64,000 bases of DNA. Origin: an uncultured Verrucomicrobiae bacterium (lineage in GTDB: Bacteria; Verrucomicrobiota; Verrucomicrobiia; Opitutales; JABDGR01). The position numbers and the translations under genes are program-made. Shown here piece by piece: positions 55,438 to 64,000 of the stretch. The notes below the pieces were generated by a model, which was not told the DNA's origin, did not search any database, and was given only the letters and a program-made list of their open reading frames with translations. The stretch lies in contig CAVXVB010000011.1 in NCBI GenBank assembly GCA_963765205.1, positions 32,001 to 96,000 on the forward strand, read 5' to 3'. Each line of letters starts with the position of its first letter. Within the stretch, counting starts at the first letter, position 1.

Positions 55438-57906
55438 ATGAAACCTCCCCAGAAGCCGCCGCAAAACCCGCCTCCGCCGGGCAACCCCCCCCCTCCGGGA
55501 AATCAGCCACCTTCGGGCAAGCAGCCATCCGGTCGTCCGGACGGGAAAGGCACCAATTACTCCGGGTATTCAACCTACGGTGATTATGGCACTTATGGGT
55601 ATGGTTCGGGTTACGGCGCGGGTTATGGCACCGGCTATGGCGGCCAGGGGGGTTATGGCGGCTACGGCGGCAACGCGCCCTACGGCGGCTACAGCGGCTA
55701 CTATTATGGCTACGGCTACGGCGGCAACCAGGCCGGCGGCGAACCGGCGCAAACGCGCAACATTCGCGACTACCTCATCATCCTGCGCGAGCGCATCTGG
55801 TATTTGATCCTGACCTTTTTGGTGATTTTTGGCGCCTTCATCCTCTACCTGGTCAACGCCACGCCCGAGTATCAGGCCACGGCCAGCCTTCGCGTCAACA
55901 AGGTCGAGCAATCCGCCATGCAAAATCTCGTGCAAGACCACTCGACCGATGTGGCCACGCCCGAAGACTTCAACACCCGCATCCGCATGATGGAAACGGA
56001 TGATATTATCCAGCAAGTCGCCAACCGCATGTCCGATGATGAAAAACGCGACTTTTTGCTGCCATTTAAAAATAGCGATGTCCTGGATCCCGCAGCCAGC
56101 CTGGTGGACCGCCTGAAGCGCGCCCGCACTGTTACCCCCGGCCGCCTGGCCTACATTATTCAAGTCAGCATCGAGCATCCCAACGCGGCCCTGGCGGCGA
56201 AAATTGCGGATGACTTCGCCCAGGTCTTCATCGAAAACAACGACCAGCGCAACGAGGAGCGCGCCACCAAGGCCGTCGAGGTCATCCAAAATGACTACAA
56301 TGAAAAGAAGTTGCAAATCGAGGACCTCCAATCGCAGATGAACGCCCTGGTCGAAAAATATGGCAAGAATGATTTGGACCCCCAGACAAATACCCTGCCC
56401 GCCGAGTTGCAGGCGCTCAACAGCACCCGGGTTACCGACCAAGGCACCCTCGATACCGCGGAAGAGCACTGGAATCAGGTCAAAGCCTATCAGGAAGCCG
56501 TGCCGCCCAAAGACCTGTGGAACCTTTCCTATATCGCTGCCGACGGGCAGGTCTCCAAACTTAAAAGCACCTTGGACGACTATGATGTCCAACTGAAAGG
56601 TCTTTCCATGAAGTTTGGCGAAAACCACCCGACCATCAAGAATCTGGTGCTCCAACGGGACCAAGCCAAGCAGGAATTGGATGCCGCCTGCGCCACCGCC
56701 GCCCAGCGCGTTTACTCGGACTATCTGGCCGCCAAAGAAAAGTTCGATGCCTCCAACCAGCATGTGCAGGACTTGACCGATCAAATGCGCCTGCTGTCCA
56801 GCGCGCAAGTGAAGTATAATCAAATTGCCATGGAAAAAAACAGCGCGGAATTACTGGCGCAAAGCATGCAGCAAACCATGGAGGATCAAAAAGAACACGT
56901 CCGCGAAGGTGGGGAAAGTTACGAAGTTGTGGATCACGCCGCCGGCCTGGTGCTCCAGACGGCCCCCAAGACCCTCCTGCTCATTGTCGGCGGCCTCATT
57001 ACCGGCATCATGGGCGGCGTCGGCATGGCGTTCCTCGTCGCGTTCCTGGACGACCGTATCAAATCCGCTTTTGACATCGAGTCCTACGTCGGCCTGCCCC
57101 TCATCGGCATCCTGCCGCGCATCGCCCACCTCAACGCGCACGAAAAGGCCCAAGCCGTCGCCTCCAATGCCGACCGGCGCATCACCGAGGCCTTCCGCTC
57201 GATTTATTCCACCCTCAAGCTCAACGACGCCTCGAAGAATGCCCGCGTCATCCTCGTCACCTCGACCATCCCCTCCGAGGGCAAGTCCTTCATGACGACC
57301 AACCTCGCGCTCACCTACGCCATGCACGCTGAGCGCGTCCTGCTGATTGACTGCGACTTGCGCATGCCCAACATTGCCAAGTCCCTCGGCAAGGAAACGC
57401 TCGAACAGGGCCTGATGACCCACTTGCGCGAAGGCCGCCCCTTTGAGGAATGCATCGTCAAGGACTTCTACCCCGGCATGGATGTGATGCCCACTGGCGG
57501 CCGCACCAACAACCCCACGCAGATTTTCAACGCCCGTGAGTTTGCCGACTTCATCACCCGCATGCGCCAGCAATACGACCGCGTCTTTATTGACTCGCCG
57601 CCCCTCGGCGCCGTCAGCGACGCCCTCAACCTCCTCCCCAATGTGGACGGCGTGATCTACGTCATCAAGTTCAACGCGGTGAAGCGCAAGGTGGCCAAGA
57701 TCAACCTCTCGCGTTTGATGCAGGGCAACGTGCCGGTCTTCGGCGCCGTGCTCAATCAAATCAGCCTGGCCTCCGCCAGCTATTATTACACGCACTACTA
57801 CGACAAGTCCTACCGCAATTACTATATGCAGGAGGAAGCCCAGCAGGCCTCCGATGCCGCCGCTGCGGCCGAGGCCACCCCGCCCCCGCCCGAAAATAAG
57901 AATTAA
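55438..57906 (+). CDS. wzc: Wzc-type polysaccharide co-polymerase / BY-kinase
   Basis: 2 TM with coiled-coil periplasmic region; EAFRS, Walker A PSEGKS, IDCDLRMP, IDSPP; C-terminal Tyr cluster. Confidence 0.9.
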   Translation: MKPPQKPPQNPPPPGNPPPPGNQPPSGKQPSGRPDGKGTNYSGYSTYGDYGTYGYGSGYGAGYGTGYGGQGGYGGYGGNAPYGGYSGYYYGYGYGGNQAGGEPAQTRNIRDYLIILRERIWYLILTFLVIFGAFILYLVNATPEYQATASLRVNKVEQSAMQNLVQDHSTDVATPEDFNTRIRMMETDDIIQQVANRMSDDEKRDFLLPFKNSDVLDPAASLVDRLKRARTVTPGRLAYIIQVSIEHPNAALAAKIADDFAQVFIENNDQRNEERATKAVEVIQNDYNEKKLQIEDLQSQMNALVEKYGKNDLDPQTNTLPAELQALNSTRVTDQGTLDTAEEHWNQVKAYQEAVPPKDLWNLSYIAADGQVSKLKSTLDDYDVQLKGLSMKFGENHPTIKNLVLQRDQAKQELDAACATAAQRVYSDYLAAKEKFDASNQHVQDLTDQMRLLSSAQVKYNQIAMEKNSAELLAQSMQQTMEDQKEHVREGGESYEVVDHAAGLVLQTAPKTLLLIVGGLITGIMGGVGMAFLVAFLDDRIKSAFDIESYVGLPLIGILPRIAHLNAHEKAQAVASNADRRITEAFRSIYSTLKLNDASKNARVILVTSTIPSEGKSFMTTNLALTYAMHAERVLLIDCDLRMPNIAKSLGKETLEQGLMTHLREGRPFEECIVKDFYPGMDVMPTGGRTNNPTQIFNAREFADFITRMRQQYDRVFIDSPPLGAVSDALNLLPNVDGVIYVIKFNAVKRKVAKINLSRLMQGNVPVFGAVLNQISLASASYYYTHYYDKSYRNYYMQEEAQQASDAAAAAEATPPPPENKN

Positions 57907-57969
57907 GAATTATGAAATGCGTCGTGGCCGCAGCATGGCCTTTACTTCTTAACTCATAATTCTTGCCTC

Positions 57970-59010
57970 TTAATTCCCTTCCCCTGCCGCGCGCCGCAGG
58001 CGGTCGTTGAGCGCCAGGCCCCAACCCGGCTCCGGCGCCTTTTCACACCAGATTTTTTCATAACCCGCCTGGTCGAGTCGCAGTAGCAATTCGTAAAGGT
58101 CGCGCGCTGCTTGGGCCAGCCCCCCGTTTTGGCCCAGCCAAAAAACTTCCGTCCTCACCGGCACATCCCCCACCTTGGCCGATGGGTTGAACCTCACCCA
58201 GGCCACGCGTCGGCCCACCGGTGGTGAGTTCGGCGGCGTGCCCGGTTCCAGCAAACCCATTGGCGTGCGCGGGCTGTAATGGCGCGCCAGCAATCCCGGC
58301 GCCACCAAGCCTTGCCCAAGCCCGGCTGAAGTTGCCGCAGGAGCAAATGCCGGCGCGAGCACCGGCTGGCCCAGGATGCGCGTCAGCGCCTCCGGCGTGA
58401 TCGGCCCCGGGCGCAGCACGCGCGGCGGCGCAGTCGGGTCGCTTACGTCCACGATCGTGCTTTCCAGGCCCACCGTGCACGGACCACCATCCAGAATCCA
58501 TGGCAGCCTTCCGCCGAATGAAGCCCGCACGTGCTCGGCGCGAGTCGGGCTGATATATCCGAAGGGATTCGCGCTCGGCGCCGCCAGCGGCAGGCCGCCT
58601 ACCGCCAGCACGGCGCGCATCACCGGGTGGGCGGGCGCGCGCACCGCGACAGTCTCGCGCCCGGCGGTAATAAGCGGGGAGACCACCGGCTTTTTGCGCA
58701 GCACCAGGGTCAGCGGCCCCGGCCAGCACGCCGCGGCCAAGGCGCGCGCGAGCGGCGTGAAATGGGCGAACTCCTCGAAAAATTCCACATCGAGGCCATG
58801 CACAATCAAGGGATCCAGCAACGGGCGGCCTTTGACGGAGAAGATATAGCGCACCGCCTCCTCGTCGCGCGCATTCGCCGCCAGGCCATAAACGGTCTCC
58901 GTCGGCAGTGCGACCACTTCTCCCTGGCGCAGCAATTCCGCGGCGCGTTCCACGCCGGCGGCGGTCGGGGGCAGGATCGGCGGCAGGTCCGCGTAATCGC
59001 CGGGTTGCAT
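57970..59010 (-). CDS. sua5: L-threonylcarbamoyladenylate synthase (Sua5 type)
   Basis: PTETVYGL, KGRP..PLIVH, WPGPLT, APSAN, GLESTI, APG..HYSP, C-terminal Sua5 domain DRLRRAA. Confidence 0.92.
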   Translation of the reverse strand: MQPGDYADLPPILPPTAAGVERAAELLRQGEVVALPTETVYGLAANARDEEAVRYIFSVKGRPLLDPLIVHGLDVEFFEEFAHFTPLARALAAACWPGPLTLVLRKKPVVSPLITAGRETVAVRAPAHPVMRAVLAVGGLPLAAPSANPFGYISPTRAEHVRASFGGRLPWILDGGPCTVGLESTIVDVSDPTAPPRVLRPGPITPEALTRILGQPVLAPAFAPAATSAGLGQGLVAPGLLARHYSPRTPMGLLEPGTPPNSPPVGRRVAWVRFNPSAKVGDVPVRTEVFWLGQNGGLAQAARDLYELLLRLDQAGYEKIWCEKAPEPGWGLALNDRLRRAAGEGN

Positions 59011-59096
59011 CGTGGGCGGGGTAAAGAGGGTTAGGCGAGAACGCGCTGCGCCCGCTTCAACTCCGCGACTTTTCCCGGCTCCAGCCACCCGCCGGC

Positions 59097-59303
59097 TTAC
59101 TTCATCAGCAGCAGGCTGCGCGAGCGCTTGATGGTCTTGGTAACGTGGCGCTGCTCCTTGGCGGTGAAGTGTGTGATGCGCCGGGGCAGGATTTTGCCCG
59201 TGTCGGTGACATGGCGCACCAGCGCCTCGGTGTCGAAGAAAGTGTAATCAATCGGCGTTTTGGAGCGCGGCTTGTCGGCGGCCTTTTCGGCAGGTTTATC
59301 CAT
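59097..59303 (-). CDS. rpsR: 30S ribosomal protein S18
   Basis: [21 protein letters not shown]...[16 protein letters not shown]. Confidence 0.88.
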   Translation of the reverse strand: MDKPAEKAADKPRSKTPIDYTFFDTEALVRHVTDTGKILPRRITHFTAKEQRHVTKTIKRSRSLLLMK

Positions 59304-59467
59304 GGCAGGCAAAGGGATTGGGTGAAACAGGATAGAGAACGCTATTTCGGCGGGATGGGCAAGCGAAAAAGAAGGCAGCGTCCTGGATGAATAATATGAC
59401 GAATTTGCGGGTATTTACTTTCCCCCCTCTTCCTCTTACTTTCCGCTTTCCACCTCCTGTCTTTCCC

Positions 59468-60397
59468 ATGCTCATCCTTGGATGCGGCTATCTCGGAACG
59501 GCCTTGGCGCGCCACGTGCGCGGCGAGGGCGGCGCGGTGTCGGCGTTGACGCGGAGCGCCGCGCGGGCGGGCGAGTTGCGGGCAATCGGACTCGATCCGG
59601 TGCTGGCCGGCGATATCGCGAGTGATGAATGGCATGCGGGTTTGAATCCGGCGGACGCGGCGATTGTCAATGGCGTGGCCCCGGGCGGGCGTGGCGAGGA
59701 GGGCTACCGGCATTCCTTTATCGAGGGGGCAAAATCCATTGTTCGCTGGCTGGAGCAGTCCGCCGCCGCCGGCCACGCGCCGGCGCGGGAATTGATTTTC
59801 ACGAGCTCGACCAGCGTCTATCCGCAAACGGATGGCGGGTGGGTCGCGGAGGACGCGCGCGTCGAAGCTGCGGAACTTGGGCCGGCGGGAATGATTTTGC
59901 GCGAGGCCGAAAACCTTTTGCTCGCCCTGCCACCCCGGCTGGTCCGGCGGGTGTGGGTGTTGCGGCTGGCCGGGTTGTATGGCCCGGACCGACACCAGTT
60001 GCTCGACGCGCTGCGCGCCGGCGAAAAATCATTTCCGGGCGATGGCGCGCACTGGGTGAATTTGCTGCATCGCGATGACGCGGTCAGCGCCATGCGCGCG
60101 TGTTGCGCCGCGCCGCCGGCCATTCGCGGGGGTATTTACAATGTCGCCGATGACGAACCCGTGCGCAAAGGCGAGTTGGTGGCGTGGCTGGCCGGGAAAC
60201 TCGGGCAAGATCCGGCCGCGTTATCCTTTGACGCCGCAACCTCGGCGCGCTCGCCGCACCGGCGCAATGCCGGAGGAAGAGTTCCCAACCGGCGCATTTC
60301 CAATGCGCACCTTAAAGACACGCTCGGTTGGTCTCCCCGGTATCCTTCCTGCCAAGAGGGTTACGATGAAATTATACCACTTCTCGACCGCTCATAG
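59468..60397 (+). CDS. NAD-dependent epimerase/dehydratase (atypical SDR, YeeZ-like)
   Basis: ILGCGYLG, TSSTSVY, LRLAGLYGP, NLLHRDD, YNVADDEP, RRISN. Confidence 0.88.
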   Translation: MLILGCGYLGTALARHVRGEGGAVSALTRSAARAGELRAIGLDPVLAGDIASDEWHAGLNPADAAIVNGVAPGGRGEEGYRHSFIEGAKSIVRWLEQSAAAGHAPARELIFTSSTSVYPQTDGGWVAEDARVEAAELGPAGMILREAENLLLALPPRLVRRVWVLRLAGLYGPDRHQLLDALRAGEKSFPGDGAHWVNLLHRDDAVSAMRACCAAPPAIRGGIYNVADDEPVRKGELVAWLAGKLGQDPAALSFDAATSARSPHRRNAGGRVPNRRISNAHLKDTLGWSPRYPSCQEGYDEIIPLLDRS

Positions 60398-60576
60398 ACT
60401 ACATGGACTATATGGACTTGTATGGACCGCAAGAACGGCTTGGGCTGAAATCCAAAAGCGTCAGGGGATTGATTTTATAGGGCAATGACTGCTTCCGAAA
60501 TAATGTCTCCAAGACGCTGACGAAGCCAAGGAGAGCCTCAAACAGGGGCCAGACGGCCCAGATATGCCGAGGCCGG

Positions 60577-62121
60577 TTATTTTTGGGGATCGTCGGTGGA
60601 AAAGGAGTGATTAAAGGCGGCCAGGATGGCCGGCATTGGGGTGCGGATTTGGGGCACGGATTGATAGCCTTCCCAGCCTCCCCCCAGCCCCTTGTAAAGG
60701 GCGACGAATTGCAAGACGACGGCTTCCTGGGCGGCGGCATATTGGTCTTGAAGCTCATACGATTGCCTTTGGGCATCCAAGACATTCAGAAAATCCGTCA
60801 GCCCGCGGTCATAGCGTTGCGAGGCGAGACTGACCGCTTGCTGGCTGGCCGCCAGGGCCTGATTCAAATGCCCCAAACGATCCTGCCCAGCGGCATAATT
60901 GGCGAGCGCATTGTCAACCTCTTCGACCGCGCCCAAAATGGTCTTCTTATAATTGACCAATAGCGCCCGGGTGTCGAAATCCTGCGCTTCAATGGCGGCA
61001 TCCAGCGCGCCGAAATCCAGCAACGGCCAATAGGCGGTGGGGCCGGCGGACCAAATGGAATGGGTTTGATCCGGGCTTTTGTCCAGGCCCTGCCCCTGCA
61101 ATCCGATGCCCGCCGTGATGCCAACGCGGGGGAATAAATCTGCTGTCGCCACGCCGATGCGCGCCGTGGACGCGGCGAGTTGTCGCTCGGCCAGCCGGAT
61201 GTCGGGCCGCCTTTGCAACAAGTCAACTGGCAAGCCGGGCTGGATCGAACCGGGAATTTCCGGCAACGTATCTGGACTTTTTTGCAACTCGCCCGCCAAC
61301 TCATCGGGGAACTTTCCGAGCAGAACCGCCAGTCGGCGCTGCGCTTCCGCGATCTCTGCCTGCAAGGGCGCGACTTCGGCTTGGACGGTTTCCAATTGGC
61401 GTTGGGCCAGCGTCACGTCCAATTCGTTGGTCAATCCACGGTCATACCGCGCCTGGACGAAGTCGAAAGTTTGCTGCTCGGTGGCGATGTTTTCGTTGGT
61501 GATCGCCAACTGAAGTTGCAACGTGCGGGAGTCCATATACGCGCGAACCACGTCAGCAATCAGTGAGATTAAAACCGCATTGCGCGCCTCGGCAGCGGCT
61601 TGCACGTCATCATAGGCGGCTTCGATTTCCCGCCGGTTTTTCCCAAAAAAATCGAGTTCCCATCCGGCGTCAAACCCCGCCACTTCGGTGATTTCCTTGT
61701 AACCCGCCGTATTCGTTCCGGCCGTGAGAGGGCCGGACACGCGGCTCCTCGTGGCATCGGTTCCCGTGCCGACGCCCGCACCCCCGCCGCCCCCGCCGCT
61801 CGGCAAGGCCCGGCCAAAAACCACCGCTTCGTCCGACCGGGCTTCTTGCAAGCGATCCAGGGCGATTTCAAGATCGGGGTTCGCGGCGATGGCGCGCTCA
61901 ACCAATGAATTCAATTCCGAGTCGTTCAAGGACTGCCACCAATGGGCGGCATCAATGGGATTGGTCGCGGGAGGCGGGGCCGCTTTCGCATCGGTGGCCG
62001 CCAAGCTGGCAGAAAAATTTGCGGGCATGAACACGGCTGGCGCATGGTAGTCCGGGCCGACCGCGCAGCCGGAGAAGCAAGCGCCAAGGGCAAGGACAGA
62101 CAGCGTAGTTGCTGGTTTCAT
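60577..62121 (-). CDS. RND efflux outer-membrane lipoprotein (NodT/OprM family)
   Basis: Lipobox FSGC, AVGPDY, WW..LND, WELDFFG, RRPDI..AE, LYKGLGGGW. Confidence 0.92.
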   Translation of the reverse strand: MKPATTLSVLALGACFSGCAVGPDYHAPAVFMPANFSASLAATDAKAAPPPATNPIDAAHWWQSLNDSELNSLVERAIAANPDLEIALDRLQEARSDEAVVFGRALPSGGGGGGAGVGTGTDATRSRVSGPLTAGTNTAGYKEITEVAGFDAGWELDFFGKNRREIEAAYDDVQAAAEARNAVLISLIADVVRAYMDSRTLQLQLAITNENIATEQQTFDFVQARYDRGLTNELDVTLAQRQLETVQAEVAPLQAEIAEAQRRLAVLLGKFPDELAGELQKSPDTLPEIPGSIQPGLPVDLLQRRPDIRLAERQLAASTARIGVATADLFPRVGITAGIGLQGQGLDKSPDQTHSIWSAGPTAYWPLLDFGALDAAIEAQDFDTRALLVNYKKTILGAVEEVDNALANYAAGQDRLGHLNQALAASQQAVSLASQRYDRGLTDFLNVLDAQRQSYELQDQYAAAQEAVVLQFVALYKGLGGGWEGYQSVPQIRTPMPAILAAFNHSFSTDDPQK

Positions 62122-62151
62122 GGCGGGAGAACTTTTGGAAAAATCCAGAAG

Positions 62152-63514
62152 CTATTTCGTAGAGGCGGTGGCCGTGGCGGATGGTGGCGTGGACGGTGAA
62201 GCAGGGTCTGCATCATTGGCATTCACCTGGTCGCCATCGGCTACCTGGCTGCTTAGGTTTAACGCTACGCGGTCGCCGAGTGACAGCCCGGAGGCGATTT
62301 CGACGACTTCGCCTTGATCGCTGCCGATGGTGACGCTGCGCAAGTTCACTTTGCCGGCATTGTCAACCACTGCAACCTGCGGGCCATTGGCGCGAAACAT
62401 CAAGGCGCTGGCAGGAATTTCCAAAAGCGGCTTCTGTTTGATTTCAAAATTGGCCTGAATTTCCATGCCTGGGAGCAACGCCAAGTCGGTATTGGGAACA
62501 TCCACCTCAACCCGCAGCGTGCGGGAAGCCGGATCAATGGCCGAGGCGGTGCGACCGATCTTGCCCTGGAAGATGCGATCTGGAAATTCGCGCGCGGTAA
62601 AAGTTTCCGGCGTATCAACCGTCATTTCCTTGCTCGCCGTTTGCGGAACATCCACCATCACCCGGAACCTGGTCATATTGCGCGATGCTATACAACGAGG
62701 TCGTGCTGGCGGTGCTGCCTGCGGTGATCAAGTCGCCGATGTCAATATGGCGGGCCGTGATTACTCCATCGAAGGGTGCCCGCACCTGTTTGAAATTGGC
62801 CAACTCCGTCAGACTGTTGACGTTGGCCTGATCCAGGAGCACTTGCGATTTGGCGGCGGCCAATTGCGCGACACTGCTGTCGTATTCGGCTTTCTTTTCC
62901 TCGCGCTCCTGATCGGATACGACGCCTTTGGGTGAATTCGCCCAGCGGTCATTGGTGGTCTGTGCAAAATCGGCGGCGGCCTGCGCGACGGTGACGTTGG
63001 CCTCCGACACATTAAGCTTGGCTTGGGCGGCGGAAAGCTGGTCGTCTAATTCCGGCGTCTCAATCGTGGCGAGTGATTGCCCTTTGGTGACGTGGTCGCC
63101 GATATCCGCCGACCAAGTAGCCACATATCCGCTCACGCGCGCGTAAATGGTGGTTTGATACCAGGCATTGACGTAACCCGCCAGCGGCAAGGATTTGGTC
63201 TCCGGGCCATACCTCACCGTGATCACGTCAACCGGCACCGGGGTATTCGCTGCTGCGGTCGTGTCGGTTTGCAATTCTGATTCCTGCCGGGAGCGGCGAA
63301 ACTGCACCAATAAAAAAGCGCCCGTCAATCCAACTGCCGCCACAATTGCGAAAAACGCCAATTTCCTTCCTGTGTTCGGGGTGGACGTGGTTGCGACCTT
63401 TTGATGTTCCTGCTTGGCTAGGTCAACAAGGATTGAGGGTGATTCACCCGAGGTTGACTCGGGCGCGGGGGTCTCGTCACGATGATTATTTGGTTCGGAA
63501 TCAGGCGATGGCAT
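62152..63514 (-). pseudogene. RND efflux periplasmic adaptor (MFP); 1-nt frameshift near 62666 (possibly assembly error)
   Basis: IYARVSGYV, VRAPFDGVIT, then ..AQYDQV / RVMVDVPQ across the frameshift; IDPASRTLRVEV. Confidence 0.85.
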
Positions 63515-64000
63515 GGCGGGTTTCCTCATGGGTAACAGGGTGGGGCTGCCGGCGCAGCAAGCGATACATGGCCGGCACAAAAATCAGGGTGGCAAAGGTG
63601 GCGAAAAAGAGGCCGCCGATAACGGCGCGGGCGAGCGGGGCGTTTTGTTCGCCACCTTCCCCCACGCCTAACGCCATGGGAATCATGCCCAAAATCATGG
63701 CGCCAGCCGTCATCAACACCGGGCGAAGACGAGTGTAGCCCGCCGTTACCGCAGCCGTCAAAGCATCATCGCCGGCCGCCATTCGTTGATTGGCGAACGA
63801 TACCACCAGAATACTGTTGGCGGTGGTCAAGCCGATGCACATAAGCGTGCCCATCAAAGCGGGCACACTGATGTGAGTCTGGGTCAAGTAAAGCATCCAG
63901 ATCACGCCGGCGAGGGCGAAGGGAACGGCCAGCAAAACAACCACCGGATCAAGCCAGCTTTGGAAATTGATTACCATGAGCAAATAGACCAGCACGACCG
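63501..64000 (-). CDS. RND efflux permease (AcrB/CusA family), C-terminal part (runs off the window end)
   Basis: NFQSWLDP, TANSIL, RLRPVLMT, GEGGEQNAPLARAVIGG. Confidence 0.9.
   Translation of the reverse strand, partial: VVLVYLLMVINFQSWLDPVVVLLAVPFALAGVIWMLYLTQTHISVPALMGTLMCIGLTTANSILVVSFANQRMAAGDDALTAAVTAGYTRLRPVLMTAGAMILGMIPMALGVGEGGEQNAPLARAVIGGLFFATFATLIFVPAMYRLLRRQPHPVTHEETRHAIA

Noticed and set aside
60408..60785. 125-aa minus-strand ORF after the OMF gene
   Set aside because: Overlaps the OMF gene out of frame and has no recognisable features
1..64000. rRNA, tRNA, transposase, integrase or phage genes
   Set aside because: None recognised by eye; tRNAscan-SE, Infernal and HMM searches are needed to exclude small or divergent ones

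Overview
GC-rich bacterial chromosomal segment. The gene content and protein style suggest Verrucomicrobiota (Opitutales-like); this is inference only. About 50 CDSs. Housekeeping genes: waaA/kdtA, panE, glmM, trpD, thiE, prmA, purN, msrB, tatC, sua5, rpsR. Other modules: an orphan KdpD/KdpE-like pair, an MFS transporter, an M16 protease, a Wza-Wza-Wzc polysaccharide export module and the end of an RND efflux operon. Five things stand out. (1) A cluster of three GT-C-fold membrane proteins with TPR tails: two tandem STT3/AglB-like oligosaccharyltransferase homologues that keep the metal-binding motifs but have GPTS/GPTT where WWD normally sits, plus a TMTC-like protein. (2) A Wsp-type chemosensory operon that lacks both methylation enzymes and ends in a REC-PP2C phosphatase plus an RsbW-like kinase. 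(3) Pervasive 7-bp and 9-bp tandem repeats that form inverted pairs at gene ends, recur as near-identical copies, and sit in frame in waaA and cheA. (4) A 3-copy palindromic MITE-like element. (5) An array of four paralogous membrane proteins upstream of SPFH and RHH genes. Three clear, and possibly four, single-base frameshifts suggest assembly indels. No rRNA, tRNA, CRISPR array or transposase was recognised.
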